A stretch of 30,535 nt of DNA from Verrucomicrobiales bacterium. Lineage in GTDB: Bacteria > Verrucomicrobiota > Verrucomicrobiia > Verrucomicrobiales > V1-33. The DNA is taken from positions 1 through 30,535 of the forward strand of contig JANOAV010000201.1 of the NCBI GenBank assembly GCA_031411295.1. The letters run 5' to 3'. Both the position numbers and the translations under genes were made by a program. Below are positions 29,308 to 30,535 of the stretch, piece after piece (position 1 is the first letter of the stretch; each line of letters starts with the position of its first letter). Under the pieces are notes generated by a model, which was given only the letters and a program-made list of their open reading frames with translations, was not told the DNA's origin and searched no databases.

Positions 29308-29721
29308 ATGACTATTGTTTCTCAGTATAATAAGTATGCTTGTTTCGCAGCCTGTTTAGAGTCGTTTCTTCGTGATATCGGGCGCGATTTCGACCACGAT
29401 AAGTTTGTTAAAGCCAATTTAGATTTGTTTTGCGGAGGGCAGGATATTGAAGGTTGCTGTAACAGCGTTAATTTTATTGAAGCTGCGGACAGGGTAGGGA
29501 TAGTTTTAGAGTTTTTGCAGTCACCAGCTACTTTTGAATTATTCAAGTATGGCATTTTATTGCACTTACACTGGAATGCGGATTCTGCGCAAAATCATTG
29601 CGTTCGCTTACAAACTATAGAGAACGGAGAGTTATCAATTATTAACCCGCTCAAATCAGATTCTTTGGATAAGGCTCCTGAGAGTTGGATTCGTGGAGCA
29701 ATGAAGCTTTCCCTGAAATAA
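29308..29721 (+). CDS. Integron cassette 1: stand-alone papain-like (C39-like) cysteine peptidase
   Basis: AT-rich gene with SQYNKYACFAAC (Q-x5-C-x-x-AC), NHCVRL and IINP (Asn in place of the usual Asp-Pro Asp). Confidence 0.65.
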   Translation: MTIVSQYNKYACFAACLESFLRDIGRDFDHDKFVKANLDLFCGGQDIEGCCNSVNFIEAADRVGIVLEFLQSPATFELFKYGILLHLHWNADSAQNHCVRLQTIENGELSIINPLKSDSLDKAPESWIRGAMKLSLK

Positions 29722-29745
29722 GTCGTGCTATGTAGGTTCAACCAA

Positions 29746-29875
29746 GGAGAGAACAAGAACGCTGCTGGCAACCGCTGGTAGTCCAGTGCCGTCGAGGTCG
29801 TTTTTAGGTTCGGAATCGGTGCTACGTTCCACGTTTTCTCCCACCAGCGGTGCCAGAACTTGAACGTTCTGCTCC
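29746..29875 (+). other. attC site 1
   Basis: R'' GAGAAC (AAC at 29752-29754), stem CTGGCAACCGCTGG/CCAGCGGTGCCAG with a bulged base, and R' GTTCTGC (29866-29872). Confidence 0.8.
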
Positions 29876-29913
29876 TCTTCGGGAGCGTTATTTAATTTTG
29901 TAGTTTTCATATC

Positions 29914-30387
29914 GTGAAAAAGGAAATTTCTGATTTATTGGATGAGTTAAAAGTAAACGAGGAGCGCGATCCATCTGGAAAGAACCCCGGATTGTTGAAA
30001 ATGATTTCTATACACGGAAGATTACTATCTGTCTTGAGTGAGGAGTCCGCCTCCTCTGCCGAGAAAAACTTAGATACGGCTAAAATGTCCTTACGAATTG
30101 CTTGGATTGCCATAGGCATTTCGATTCTTGGCGCTATCCCCGATTTTTACTCGACCTTTATAAAAAATGGAGTAACCGAATTGAATCATATACACGAACA
30201 TTATTACGCCCCCAATCCCCTTGCCCCAATCGACCCAAACTGGCCTATTATCAGGGGCGTGTCCGAAGATGCCGACCCACAAAATGAATTGAAAAAAGCA
30301 GCACAGAATAAGGAATCCAAAGGCGCTCCACCCGATACCATTATCCAGCCCCCTACTCTCCCAATCCCACAACCCGCGCCACAGTGA
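29914..30387 (+). CDS. Integron cassette 2: hypothetical single-TM protein with a Pro-rich tail
   Basis: AT-rich ORF with a GTG start that fills the cassette. Hydrophobic segment IAWIAIGISILGAIP. The stop codon lies 1 nt before the attC. Confidence 0.7.
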   Translation: MKKEISDLLDELKVNEERDPSGKNPGLLKMISIHGRLLSVLSEESASSAEKNLDTAKMSLRIAWIAIGISILGAIPDFYSTFIKNGVTELNHIHEHYYAPNPLAPIDPNWPIIRGVSEDADPQNELKKAAQNKESKGAPPDTIIQPPTLPIPQPAPQ

Positions 30388-30388
30388 C

Positions 30389-30451
30389 GGAGCAGAACCT
30401 TCAAAGATAGCTTTGAGCGGCTTTGCGCCTCAAAGCTATTAGTTGTTGGAC
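30389..30451 (+). other. attC site 2 (short)
   Basis: R'' GCAGAAC (30392-30398), perfect 11-bp stem ATAGCTTTGAG/CTCAAAGCTAT and R' GTTGGAC (30445-30451). Confidence 0.75.
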
Positions 30452-30535
30452 AGGCCCGGTGATTCACTCAGCGCCTTCGGCCTCGGTGGCTGATCGGCGG
30501 GCCTATGCGGTTTGCTTTTCGAGGTCGGTGTTGGC

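Noticed and set aside
29728..30119. Minus-strand ORFs 29728..29910 and 29907..30119
   Set aside because: The first spans the attC hairpin and the second is antisense to cassette 2.
1..30535. CRISPR array, tRNA or rRNA genes
   Set aside because: I saw no regularly spaced direct repeats and no tRNA or rRNA signatures. The repeats found are inverted pairs or attC sites.

Overview
This GC-rich window most likely comes from a Verrucomicrobiota genome, inferred from two PEP-CTERM proteins, a CotH/lamin-tail multidomain protein and GTGG-type REP doublets. From left to right it contains: the start of an IS630-like transposase whose insertion appears to truncate a secreted Ig/BNR-repeat gene; a sulfurtransferase-sufE pair; a 1628-aa secreted CotH-kinase/lectin/LTD protein followed by a 3483-aa beta-strand-repeat PEP-CTERM surface protein; nnrS; a three-gene minus-strand operon of surface proteins under a cobalamin riboswitch; an NlpC/P60 peptidase; an 8-stranded OMP; a MoaD/ThiS gene and a BNR beta-propeller gene separated by a nested inverted-repeat element; and an integron with a decayed intI, an attI candidate and two complete AT-rich cassettes with attC sites. 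The best candidate for a new system is the riboswitch-controlled operon, which may be an extracellular B12-capture system and has no transporter gene. All family assignments come from recognising motifs by eye; no database searches were run.
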